A stretch of 54,067 nucleotides of DNA, the filler included, from Sphacelaria rigidula (lineage: Eukaryota): NCBI GenBank assembly GCA_964200075.2. It is 3 parts of 3 records of this genome, joined end to end, with 100 filler letters (N's around TTAATTAATTAA, not from the genome) between each part and the next. Parts side by side here need not be neighbours in the genome. Positions count along the whole stretch, not along the records: positions 18,059 to 36,013 come from CAXNAA020000953.1; positions 36,114 to 54,067 come from CAXNAA020000954.1; 1 more part is not named here. The stretch is one strand, 5' to 3'. Both the position numbers and the translations under genes were made by a program. The notes below the pieces were generated by a model. It searched no databases, had not been told where the DNA came from, and was given only the letters and a program-made list of their open reading frames with translations. The stretch's first letter is position 1. Each line of letters opens with the position of its first letter. Of this stretch, positions 25,259 to 37,503 are shown in pieces.

Positions 25259-25540
25259 GTTTTATCATCATTCCTGTGGTGGACCTTCGTCACTACCGTG
25301 GCGAACTACAGATGACCGTCAACAAAAACTCTGAACAACTTCACGGGGCTGATAGAGAAATACTACACGAACACATGCAATAGTACATGTGCACGGGATG
25401 GTCAACATCTATCGGCTTCACGTACATCCCCACGGTGTACATGAAGGAGCACCCTCAGCTGCCCGCTCTCTCGAAGCCCTTCGGCACGACAAAATCGTCG
25501 ACGGCCTTGACTTCCGGTAGCAGCTAATATTCTCTGCTGT

Positions 25541-28500
25541 GATTTGATTGATTGATTGATTGTCGCACTTAAACTGACCCCCCCGGGGTCCAGCCGTGGT
25601 CTCATGATGGACGTACCCAAGAAAAACGAAACTCAAACACGCTCTAAGGAAGAAAAAAAGGAACAGAAGAAAAAAAAAAAATAGAGAGATCGAACAGAAC
25701 GACATATTAGACTAAGTCGTGACAAAAAAAAGTGATGAAAAGTCAACACAAGCAAAGCACAAAAAGAAATGGCCGACCTAAAGCAAGAAAAAGCAAAACA
25801 AGAGGAATGTACAAAGCAAATAAATTAAAATTCAAATAAAATGAAAATAAAAACAATGAAACGATGGAAAAAAAAAAAACAGGGTCTAAGGGATTCATGG
25901 CAGCAGAGTAGATACACACACACCAGTGGGCACCGCGGAGCCACCGACTCAGGACATAATCAACAACCGATATGAGAGGACAGGATTTTCCGACTGGCAG
26001 CCCTCGACGTAGCAGCCTCTCGCTTGTGACATCGGTCTGATTTTCGCTTGTCCGCCCGTCGCCACGTGTCCTCAAACTCTTCCGCCCCCTTTTCGACTCC
26101 AATATGCCATTTGCCCAGGTCCTTCGCCGCAGTGACCCAATCGTATGCATCGTTAACCTCTACAACGTAGACGAACCACTTTCGTCGGGCTCCTTTGTGC
26201 GGGACAGCCCCTAGCGCACGTAGGTTCTCCTTTAGGGTATCCTCCCATTGCTTGGAGGGGCGGCCGACCTCCTTGGGTCCTTGTGTGGAAAGCCGACCGC
26301 TCATGACACGCTTAGGGAGGCGTGTGTCCTTCTGCCGGACAAGGGCTCCCGCGAAGCAGAGTTGACGTTTGCGGATAGTCGTCTCGATACGTTCGCAGTT
26401 GGTCATCTCGAGAACCGCTCTGTACGAAATAATCTTGTAACCATTTCGATCGTTCCTGCGGAATCCAACCACTCGCAGCAAGAGCTTGTGATGTGTAGTG
26501 CGCAGACTGTCGGAGTCCTCAGAACGTAGCGTCCATGTGGCACACCCATACAACAGAGCTTCCACCACCTCCGCTTTAAGCAGTCGAACTTTCAAAGATA
26601 GCTCGGCGTTGGGTCGGTCGTAGAGTTGGGAGCTATATTTTCGGATACGCGCCCACGTCGCGCTGATACGGCGGTTGATTTCGGTGGACATTTTCGCATC
26701 CGTGCTGATAGCTCCACCAAGGTAGATGAACTTCCCCGTCTGCTTATACCGTCGACCGGCAGCTCTGATATCCAGAGTGGCCTCCGTGCAACTGGGTACT
26801 GACCAAAGGCGCATGGACTCTGTCTTGGTCTCGGAGACCATCAGGCCAAATTCCTGGCAGGTCATCACTATCACGGCCGTTATTCGAGCAAGGCCTTCTG
26901 AGGTCTTCGAGGCTATGCCGGCGTCGTCCGCATTAAGCATTGCCCCTACCGCGCGTCGCACCTTTTCCAGTGGCGTCTCTTCTACTGGTTCACCGCCGAC
27001 ACCTTGTGGCGTATCATCTAGAAATACCAAGTCTGAGACGATGGGTGGGTCCGCCGCAAACCGTTGGACGATCACTTCCACCAAGCCTGCTCCGAAAATG
27101 TTGAACAACAGTGGAGACGTCGAACCACGCTGATCGCCACTATCTAGCTGTACTCGAGCTCGGATGCCTTCGTGAAAAATACGGATGATCTTGATCATTC
27201 CCGACGGGACTCCGAACCGAGCAAGCAATATCCACAGGAGCGTGCGGTCTACAAAATCGTGGGCTTTCTGTAGATCGATAAAGCACATGTTTATTGGGAT
27301 GTTGCTCGCCCGTCCCAACTCCTGGAGTCGGCGTACTACGAACATCATGTCTATGGTCGATCTTTGGCGCCTAAATCCACAGTGCTCTTCCGGGAAGACA
27401 TCTGTTTCCTCACAAAAATCACCAAGCCTGTTTGCTACGATTTTGAGGAGAACTTTAGCAGTATGTGCCACATGTGAAATGCCTCTGTAGTTACAACACT
27501 GGGTTCTATTTTGTTTTTTGTGTAGCACTTTGATGGTGACATCTTTCCATTCTTGCGGCACCTCGCCAGATGTCCAAACCGCATAGACGATGTCGTGGAA
27601 GTGGTACAAAATGTCCGACCCCTCCCCGCTGAGTCCAAGCTTCAGATTTCAGCAGGAATACCATCCGGACCCGTTGCTTTGTTGTTCGACATAGCTCTCA
27701 GAGCCTCCACAGTTTCACTTAAGCTTGGTGGGTCTCCTAGTGACAACGCTATTGGTCGTTGAGCAATCTTCTCGATGATGGTGCGGTCGATAGTTGTCGA
27801 TATGGCGTTCAGCAATGTAGAAAAGTAACGTTCCCATCTCCCACTGATTAAATCTCTGTCCTGCAGTAAATTGCCGTCCTCATCTCGAATGTATTGCTCA
27901 CTCTCGATTGGTCGTCCAGACAGTCTCCACCCTCCGTTGAAATGTCTGTACCATCCTCTCATGTCCCCCGCTCGGGTATGCTCTTCTAGTTCTCTAGCAT
28001 ACACATCCATATATTTGTCAACCCCAGCTTGGATCGTTTTTTTTTATTTTTTTGCTTGCTGTTCGCAATGTGCGGCATGCGAGTTTATCTCGGGATGACC
28101 CCAGTCTCACCGTTGATCTCGCCCTTTCTCTCTCCTTCCAAGCGATTTCGAAGTCCGCTTTGATTTCAGCATCCTCGAACCATCCCGGTATACGTGGCTT
28201 TCGGGTCAGACGGGGTGCCACCTTTTCAGCGGCACTCAAGAGTACGTCGGGAAAGTTCGTAGCCAGTGAGCTGACTGTATCACCAGGTATACTCTGTTCG
28301 AGCTCGCTGATGATGAGCTGGGTGAGCTGCTCACGTCTGACGGGGTCAGATACTACTGCTCGTCGGTCGATCGGTGTACGCCCAGTTGGGATTCGTCTAG
28401 GTCTGTTGTGTGCGAAGTGACCAAGGAGCCGTACTGAGGCGCACACAATGTTGTGGTCAGAGTCCGGCGAGTTGGGGGGTTGAAGGTGGACGGCGACATT

Positions 28501-28645
28501 GCGAACGAGCCTGCGGTGATCTTGCCGTGTGATGATGTAGTCAATGCGTTTTCTATCCGCGGGGCGACTCGCAACACCGTTGAACGTACGCGAGGTGTTT
28601 CCCTTGGGAGTGGAAAATAACGTGTTGACCAGCGAAAGCTGTGCA
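25541..28645 (-). mobile_element. 5'-truncated, decayed RTE-clade LINE (endonuclease C-terminus + reverse transcriptase, (CAAT)n tail)
   Basis: RIDYII..SDHNIV (APE endonuclease C-terminus), KATGPDGIPAE, NYRGIS, GFR, FIDLQKAHD, MLNADD (YADD mutated), FIYLG, LLYGCATW; frameshifts near 28015 and 27630; 3' tail CAATCAATCAATCAATCAAATC at 25541-25562. Confidence 0.92.
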
Positions 28646-28870
28646 TGTCGATAACGGCCTGGGGTTCGATGACCACGACACAACCACCAAGGGGGTGATC
28701 CATTGAGACTGTCTGCAATGCTGCTCATGTTTCGTGTTTCCACTCAGCAGTACCTCGTATCCCGTCAAATTATAAACTAAAGAACTTCCCAACATGGATT
28801 TTTGGTTGGTGTGCAGTGTTGAATGAAGGAGTAGGGTGGATTGCTCGATGGGAGGTACATGTTCAGGTCA

Positions 28871-29482
28871 TGAGGTTGTGTTTGGATTCAGCCTATATTC
28901 ATACCTCTCCAACGTATATACCTGTGCTGTACCTGCAATCGGGTATATCTACAACCGTATACCCTAACCCCAGGCGGCGGTATGGGAGGCTTACAGAGCT
29001 CACAGAACTGTCGGGTACCTGTACTGAATAAAAGCCTTATGGAAATTGCAGAACTTGTCGGGTATGGTATGGGAGACTTACAGAAAAACCGTACCGACAA
29101 TGGAGTTCGTCTTCAAGAGCATACCCGCGCTCCGGGTGCGGGTAAACATTATGTACAAAAATCACAAAACTGTCAGGTAAGGGTATGGGAGGCTCACAGA
29201 ACTCACAGAAACTGTCGGGCAGGGTATGAAAGTTGCACAGAAAACCGTACCCGCAATCGGGTATCTTATCAAGAGCACACCCGTACCCCCCAGTGACGGT
29301 ACGGGAGGCTTACAGAACTCACAGAACTATCGGGTAAGGGTATGGAAGTCTGAGAGAAGTTACACAACTGTCGGGTACCGATATGAAGGCCTTACAGCAG
29401 TCACAGAACTGTCGGGGACGGTACATACCCGGGAAAATACCCCAGTTATACAGAGAACCGTATCCTACAGAACACAACCTTG
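28871..29482. mobile_element. MITE with CAGAACTGTCGGGTA sub-repeats, copy 2
   Basis: Termini TGAGGTTGTGTT ... AACACAACCTTG; colinear with 24652-25258 in the same orientation. Confidence 0.7.
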
Positions 29483-30387
29483 GACTCATGGAGCAACCTG
29501 AGACTCGTGGCGCTGTTACCTCGAGATCGACATTGGTGTCGTATGCAACGTTCGGATTGCCCCCGCCGACGTCCAAGCAGGCATCCAGACGTTGCACCTC
29601 CTGAGTGAGTGTAGGGGATCCTCCACATCTACCGTCAAAAGGGAGGGAATGGACCGGGGGGTGAATGGGTGGAGAGTTTAGAATCAGTGCGTTTGACGTG
29701 GCGTGCCTTCCAGCGTGTGTTTTGTTCGTCGGAACGAACTCCACCACTGAGCCACCCAGTGAACGCTGACTGAGTGGCTCAGTGATGGAGTTCGTTCTGA
29801 CGAACAAAAGAAGTGCGAGGTCGATTCTCGGCGCGATCACTTCTTCTCTCCCATAGTCGAAGAAATATCTTTCCCATAGTTGTGGAAATATATCATAACG
29901 TCCACGCCCACCCTGGTCATTTCGGCAGCGTCGACGAGGGGTAAACCGGAGAAGGCACCGGGAGTACGAGCTCAAGAACACTCGTGCAGTACCGGCCTAC
30001 GCCAGCGGAGCTGTGGTTTCGATATATGATACTTGTATCTGATGCTGCAGCGTTCGATTGTGGTATTGTAGCACCGTTCAACTCATCAAGTAGGTTTGTA
30101 TGTCTGCGTCAACTCCGCAGGTGTTGCTCAACGTTTACGGCCGTAAGAATCCGGACGAGGATCCGAACATACGCTCCAGAAGCCAACATGGGCACTATCA
30201 GCGATGTGCGTGATGGACGACGCAACCCAAATATATGGACGTTATCCACGCACACAGTGCGCAGGATCTGATTCTTGCAGGATTCGACCCGACCGCCCTT
30301 ACGAAGATACACTTCATGAACTACCCTTATCTTTGGCGGACTGCACTATGCCCTGGGTGGCAGTGCAGTACACAGCACCATGTTCTA

Positions 30388-30455
30388 CTGTGCTGTGCTG
30401 TGCTGTGCTGTGCTGGTGCAGTGCAGTGCAGTGCAGTGCAGTGCAGTGCAGTGCA
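30388..30455. repeat. Compound pentanucleotide microsatellite (CTGTG)n-(CAGTG)n
   Basis: Directly visible tandem pentamers. Confidence 0.9.
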
Positions 30456-31260
30456 CTGGACTCCACTGCGCTGTAGCAGGTACTGTACTGTACTGAAGTA
30501 AGGTATTCTGTTATCACCATATCTGGCACTCCAGAGCAGACGTGCACGGGTGCGGAGCAAAATTGAAACTTTTCAAACTAGAGCCGAGTCGTTTATTTAA
30601 CAGCACGGATGAAGTTCAATACATCCTTTTGCAATGGAAAGCTTTTTTTTATGTAGATGGGGAAACAGCTCTCCATATCTCTGTCAATGGTGTAGCACGA
30701 GCGCGGTGCTCTCCCTAAACACCGGAGGACAGGTTGCACGGGGGTGAGTGGTGTTTACCCTCGGCCATGCGGATTCTGCGATTACTCGTTGCTTCCGTTA
30801 CTCTTGCCGTTAAAACTTGCAAGAGGTACTGTCTGTCTGTATTTCAACACACCTCTATCGCCCTCGCGTCCCCGCCTTCCGCCAGAGCGATGCTGTTTGG
30901 TCCGCTACTGTATGCACAGCAGGCGCAGACCCTCCGTGCGAAATCGGGATACTTGCCGTCATCCAGCTTTTTACAAGGAGGCGTCTAAAAGACTAAAAAA
31001 AAAGAAATTTTTACTGGGCGTAACACTGGGGATTCCTGTGTTGGTGTACACACATGCGCTATTCAAACCCCTTGTACCGCAGAGAGGTCAACAAGGTTGA
31101 ATTCATGGGGGTAGTTTTTGTCGAGGTCCGGTCTGGATTTCATTTCCCTCCTCGAGCTAGCTACAGCCCAGAACAGTACATTACATCGATGATATTTTTC
31201 ACACGTCGCACGAGTCATTACTCGTCGAAACGAGTGCACTCGTGGATGTCTTTTGAAAAC

Positions 31261-31693
31261 ACAACGAGCATGACTCGTGCGCTCGAGTAATTGCTCTATC
31301 TTACAACGAACAATGAGTCGTGCGCTCGAGTCATTGCTACATCTTACAACGAGCAATGACTCGAGTGCTCGCCCCATTCGTTTGTTTCCACAACGAGCAA
31401 TGACTCGAGTGCTCGCCCCATTCGTTTGTTTCCACAACGAGCAATGACTCGAGTGCTTGCCCTATTAATTTATTTCCACAATGAGCAACGACTCGAGTGC
31501 TCGCCCCGTTAGTTTGTTTCCACAACGAGCAATGACTGGAGTGCACGCCCCATTAGTTTATTTCAACAACGAGCAATGACTCGAGTGCTCGCCCAATTCA
31601 TTTTTTTTCACAACGAGCAATGACTCGAGTGCTCACCCTATTAATTATTTCCACAACGAGCAATGACTCGAGTGCTCACTCTATTAGTTTTTA
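31261..31693. repeat. 44-bp minisatellite: 8 conserved units plus 2 degenerate leading units
   Basis: ACAACGAGCAATGACTCGAGTGCTC-GCCCCATT.GTTTGTTTCC units start at 31346, 31390, 31434, 31478, 31522, 31566, 31610 and 31653. Confidence 0.92.
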
Positions 31694-32353
31694 TGGCCAA
31701 TGAGCAGCTCAACGAGTGCGAGTGCTACGAGTCACACTCGTGCTCGTCCGACGTTTGATAGTTTTCACAAATCGGTGCGGCAGGTGCCGGTTGGGGGTGA
31801 TCGGTATGCCTTGGGTTAGTGGTACGGGTAGTGTTTAACTGAAACAAGTAAGAAGGCTTCTTTCTGGAACGATACAAACAGCGAACAGAACAAAAAGCAC
31901 CCCCACTTTCGAGTGATTTTTTCACCGGAGGAGGACACGAGATTACTTTCAATTGTGCACGTTGTGGGCACAGGTGGCACCTTTTTCTTCAACGGTGGAG
32001 TTGTGTATGCCTTGTAAAACAGCACTGCACGACAGAAAACCTGCGCCGGTGATGGAATATTCGATAGCCACCCAGCCACGACCACCCTATGGTCAAAGCT
32101 AGCTTTGCTGGAGAAGTCTACTTGTAGCAGTAAATACTGCAAGTGGAAGCTTGCCGCGTCTCGGCTCGGCCATGAATCGAATGATGGACCATAACGATAG
32201 AGAAGGTTTGTGTGTGTTTGTTCACGGCGGAAGGGATGACAGATGAAAAAAAGTACTTGTTACTTGAAGCATATTTGTTTGGGGTGTTAAGAAAAATAGA
32301 TGAAACGTAGATTTGGTCTCACGCAGTGCCTGAGCAGCTTCACAGAACACATA

Positions 32354-33477
32354 CAGGCTGGGCCGCCTAAGAAGCGGACTTTCCTTCAGCCGGGTCTAAC
32401 TGACGATCTGTGGCGAGTTGTGCTTACTATGACACATCGTGGTAATCTACAAATCAACGCGCGTGTTTCATTTCACGTCGTACTGCGATCTGACAAGTTC
32501 CCATCAAACGAAATACCAAACTGTAGTCAGGTGCGAAGTGTAAAAAGTTGAGGGTGGTATGTGGGGCGGAATTAGGGGGGAAAAGCGGCTGAAATCGCCT
32601 TCACGGTTACAGTCGGTTGTGCCGCGGCCGCAAAGTGATGGTGTTGCACTAGTTGTTGTTCCACAACAATGCATGTCGTACTGTAGGCGCGCAGGGTCTG
32701 AGGTGGCACACAGAAGAGACCTCCAGCGCCCCAAGGCGTCGGGCTTGTGGAAAACGTCAAAGTTCCGGCTTAGGTTGTGGTACTCTTGAAGCAAGTGAAC
32801 CGGTTCTCGACAGAAAAACGCGATTTCACTGCTCGATTTCAAGTCGTTTTCCATGAAATTTTGACACGATATACATTAGGTATATATGTAAAGCCCCTAC
32901 CGTTTCTCCCTCTTGTATTTTGTTTTCCCCTCGTGAGTTAGGGGTGATATAAACGTCGGAACAGTTTTTTTTTGGTGCGAAAGTGTCGACAACTCATTGA
33001 AAAAGAAAAATGTCAAGGGGGGACAACAGGGAGTTCAAAACATACCTCATGCGCATCGTGTCGAAATTTCGTAAAAACATACTTGAAAGTCAAGAGCATA
33101 ACCGCGTTTCATTTTTTCGTGGCTGGTCCATCTGCACATAGGAACCAGTCTTGGGCACGAACACGCGATTTAGCAGCTGAATTTTAGATCGTTTTCAATG
33201 AAACTTTTACATGATGTACAGGATGTAGGTGCAAAGACGCCACCTTTTTCAGCCTACATTTTTTTTTCTCCGTGAGTTATCGGCGACCAAACATTTCACA
33301 ACAATTTTTTCGGAACAAAATCGTGAATATGTTGAAAAAAAAATGTAGGGTGGAAAGAGTGGCGTCTTCGCACATGCATCCTGAACATAGTGTCAAAATT
33401 TCATAGAAAACGACCTGGAATTCAGCTTCTAAATCGCGTGTTCACATCCCTGTCCGCGTCCTAGGTGGCCCAGCCTG
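32354..33477. mobile_element. TA-flanked non-autonomous DNA transposon, family member 4 (variant TIR)
   Basis: TA|CAGGCTGGGCCGCCTA ... TAGGTGGCCCAGCCTG|TA; internal inverted repeat 33159-33443; a related arm copy starts at ~32818. Confidence 0.82.
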
Positions 33478-34340
33478 TAGAGAGTTCCAGTGCGTACCCT
33501 GCTTAGCTACACGCACAAATATTTCTTCGGTGGGAATCCAAACAGTAGAGCTGTCTTGGGCGCGAAGGCCGATTGAAGCGTTCAAAACTTGCTGTAATTC
33601 CTTTGCATGGTATTGTATTGTATTGTATTGTTTTGTATCGTGTTGTTCGTTTCAGCGCTACTGCCTTCGAGTTCATGCTGCGCCAGAAACAAATCCAGGC
33701 GATCTTTCATAGCTCCTTGCCCAGCTCGGAACGAGGGGGTCATTGCGGAACCCCAGGCGTGTACAGCATTTGCCACGGCTCTGTTTGCTCTTGCATGTCT
33801 TATGATTATAAATGCAGGGCTATGTGTGTTGTGTGTTCGACCTGTATTTCGTCGAGGGAGGCACCAGCGATTCGGCTATGATGCTCAGCGGTGCTACGGT
33901 ATCAAAATGTGAAGACGATGCACTTTTGACCGTAGAATAATGCTGATTGAAGTTTCATGTCTTTGTCAGAAGTCTTGGCTACTTTTCGTCCGCGAGCGAA
34001 AGTACATGAACCTTAATTTGTAATAAAACAGCCCCATAACGTGGTATTTCCGGAAAACATCGATGAAAATGACGGAGAAAAAAAATTTCTACGATATTTT
34101 GTCCCGATGAAAGTGGCCTGTGTACCACGTCGTGTGTGATATGATGAAATACATCTTGTACCATCTTCGTTAGTCTGCCCATCCCGACCCAAGTGCCCAA
34201 TCTATTCAGCGGACCGGTTTTGCACAAGAGGCGCGTCATGTCACATGGTGTCAGAGTTACCGAGCACCGACTGTAAAGTACTTGAGTTCAACAGAAGCCA
34301 GTCAACTACTGGGATATACTGTTAAAACCACTAGAGAGTA

Positions 34341-34993
34341 CGAGCTGGGCCTGCATATTAACGAATTCATGTTTTCATCGCAATTTCTCATCGAGGCGGA
34401 CGAAGTGGGACGTAATACGCACATGTTGTTCGTCGTCGAATCAAGGGTCAAATAACCGTCTACTCAACAGCTCGATCAGATGTTTTCTCATTGTTTAAAC
34501 GCCATGTCGAGTAAATTCTGTGACGTAGGAAGATATTTAGATACTCAATCTGAACGCAACCCCTTCACAATGTAATCAGCGGATGACGCTGATCTGTGGT
34601 GTGAACAGTCTCTGGGGCACGGGGAAACGATCAATACTGTCACCTTTACCTGATTCGTTATATATATAGAAAGAAATGCAGCGTTTTAAGCATTCCGCAC
34701 CAAGTTCAACATTTCACCTGATGCACTTGATGGAGTATGCAGGTGGGTTTTGAGAGTTGTGCTTCGAAATTTGGCGTGGAGAGTCGCAAGGGTATCACAG
34801 GAAACGTTTTTTTTTTTTATTTGGGATTTTTATTGTCATTTACTCATGAAAGAAACGAAGCTTGACGTCCCAGCAGAACTTTTTTTTATCATGCCCACAC
34901 GATTCTCCATACCAAACTTCAAAGCACAACTCTCAAAATCGAGCTGCGCAATCGCCTGGAACGCTTGAACTCGTTTTAGGCTGACCCAGCTTG
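34341..34993. mobile_element. TA-flanked non-autonomous DNA transposon, family member 5
   Basis: TA|CGAGCTGGGCC ... GACCCAGCTTG|TA. Confidence 0.72.
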
Positions 34994-36013
34994 TAACGTG
35001 AGCACATAAACCCTGCACACCCTAGCGGTCGGAGCACAACTGGTCGGGTTGCGCTTACCGTAGTAGCGAAAAATGGCGACATATCAACTGGAAAAAGACT
35101 TTGCCGTGACCTCATCAACCCCTCCCCGACGAGCGAGACCATGAATTGATCCCTGGTTTGTTTCTGTACGCTCGTATCTACCCTTTGTCCTGTAGAGTTG
35201 TCAATCAACGCGTGTATTATACAACCTACCCAAGCTAATACGATTTATTCTTATCGCTGCGTGGAGCTGCTTCATTTGCTAGCCAGCTCATCTAAAATTG
35301 GGTATTCACAGGTGAGCACGGAGGAGCGCGGGGAAAGACGTGTCGTCCCTCACCGATTTCCAGGTGCTTTTACTGGAGGCGCGAACGCGACCTGGGTTTG
35401 CCTTGAACTCGAATATTAATCTCGGATACCCGACCTTTAGGCACACATTCAAGTTTGTAACTTGTAAAGTGCCGGATCTGTACAGTGAGTCTGTCCCGCT
35501 CCCGGTGTAGGAGAACACGGTTTGGCGTGGGCGCACAAGTGGTGTGGGGCGCCCGTCCTTTCGTCGCCCAACGGTAGTCATGCCCCTCATTTGTGCCCCA
35601 TACTTTGTCGTGGCTGAACAGCACCCATCTTCATCCACTTAACGTTCTCCCTGTCCGTGATCGATTCGGCGGTGGGTGGTGGGTGAAGTGCTGTATACTG
35701 TGGTATTCCTTACTCTCACATGGGTTACGACTAGCCCGTTTCTCTCGAGGAGATCTCGCCGCTCGCGAATTTTGTTTCTTGCTGTCGCCATAGGACCTGA
35801 GCCAGTTCGCCGCGAAGCATCAGGGCCACGTGGCAAGATTGTGGGCCGAAGCTCAGGAGCTCGTGAGTGACCTCAACGTCGTGCAAGGCGAGTACTACAG
35901 GGCAAGGGGCGCATACGAGAGTGCGTGCATCGACGCTAGCAGGTACGTCCCCCCCCCCCCCCCCCCCCCCCACTACACCCCCCTTTTGCCACCTTTCTCC
36001 GTTTGGTTCGCAG

Positions 36014-36113
36014 NNNNNNNNNNNNNNNNNNNNNNNNNNNNNNNNNNNNNNNNNNNNTTAATTAATTAANNNNNNNNNNNNNNNNNNNNNNNNNNNNNNN
36101 NNNNNNNNNNNNN
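36014..36113. other. Assembly gap with artificial TTAATTAATTAA linker
   Basis: N-run / 12-mer / N-run identical to 17959-18058. Confidence 0.95.
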
Positions 36114-36133
36114 GGGAAAGCACTGTTTTAGGC

Positions 36134-36907
36134 TTGAACCTCATCTCGGAGTTAAACCTCGATTCGCACAATTCGTTGTTGTTTGTAGATCAAGAACATC
36201 ATTTAACGCCTGCCATTCGTGGCACACAGTGTTCTTCTGGGTCTTCGCAGACCTTGCGTGTCGCATTCACGAGTACTTCCGCGTCTCGTGGACGCACTCA
36301 CACTTTGTCCAGTAGTACTTGGACACCCAACTCTGTCGGTGGATCGGTCATGTCTGTTCGTAGCAAAAAAGACCCGTTCCGAGCAAGCTTCGATGCTTGG
36401 CCTTATTCGGCAGACACTTTTAATGACGTTTATGTCGCTTCCACAACTGCTTTCATCACAGATTACCCACATTTGTGGACCCCCTTGCTTTCGCCTTCGG
36501 CTCGTAAGGATGCTTTTCGTCGCCATGCTAATACATGCATCAACTGCTATGGTACTGGCCACAGTATGCGTGACTGCCCTGAACCTTGCATCAATACTTT
36601 TTCGCTCATGAACCCTGAACTTCAGAGCAACGGACCGGCGTGGCGCCGATGGCAAAAACGCATGCGCGAGTATCGTACACCATCTCGCCACCATCGCCAG
36701 CCTTACCACAATCATAGCGACTCTCGCTCAAACAGAGACCATCGCCACACCACCAACACCATCTCAGGTACTCGCCATAGAGATAGTTCTTTCCGCCCTT
36801 CTCAGTCTTCGCATGGTCATCACCAGCGAACGGGGCCGAGTCACGACAACTCAAACCCCAATGCCAGAAACCCTGGTTCTTTTAAGGCGGATCGTAACGA
36901 CCCATGA
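36134..36907 (+). pseudogene. gag: gag C-terminal part with CCHC zinc knuckle
   Basis: CINCYGTGHSMRDC = C-X2-C-X4-H-X4-C; N-terminus runs into the gap. Confidence 0.8.
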
Positions 36908-37503
36908 CACGCCGACGACGGCGTGAAGTCTTCGGCGCCGCCAATAGCAGAATCGAAGACTCATCCAACATGCACCGCCGCTCGGGCGACAAAACGTTCA
37001 CACCCAAACTCTTCCACGCTATGTAGGAGATCTAATGACGGCCGTTCTTCTCGACCCCCGTCTTCATCTTCATCCACACAGCGTAACCGTTGTGTTGACC
37101 CACTACCCAGCTCTATGCTTGGCTCCAGACTTGATCCTCCGGAACTAAGCATAAATCTGAGGTGTGGGAAAACCGATCGTGGACCCTTGAGGCACAGGCT
37201 TCCCTCAACGACCGCACGCACCGGTTGTAGTAGACTTCCTTCAACTGGTTATGGTATTGATGGTTTGAAACTGACCACTTCAAATCCTTCGACTCCTACC
37301 CAGCCTGATCGCAGTCGTTCCTCGCGCCACCCTTCTGCCGCGAAACTACCCCGACATGCAGCAGACAACACTCGTCCCCTTTCATATTTACCAGTGCCCT
37401 TTGTACCGAGCTTGCCAGCGGACAGTCTACAAGTTTCGGACGAGCATGACCCGATCTGACAACATCACCTCAACTGGACGCAGTTGCAGTTTCCCAAGAA
37501 GTC

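Noticed and set aside
24652-29482. LTR pair flanking an RT gene
   Set aside because: Each repeat has its own inverted termini and sub-repeats (MITE-like), and the enclosed RT is a non-LTR RTE with its own microsatellite tail
30388-30455. Fold-back hairpin between the two pentamer tracts, or a Cys-rich peptide
   Set aside because: CTGTG and CAGTG tracts are not reverse complements; the ORFs are microsatellite artefacts
31346-31693. CRISPR array
   Set aside because: The ~19-bp variable parts are homologous to each other and too short, no cas genes are present and the context is eukaryotic
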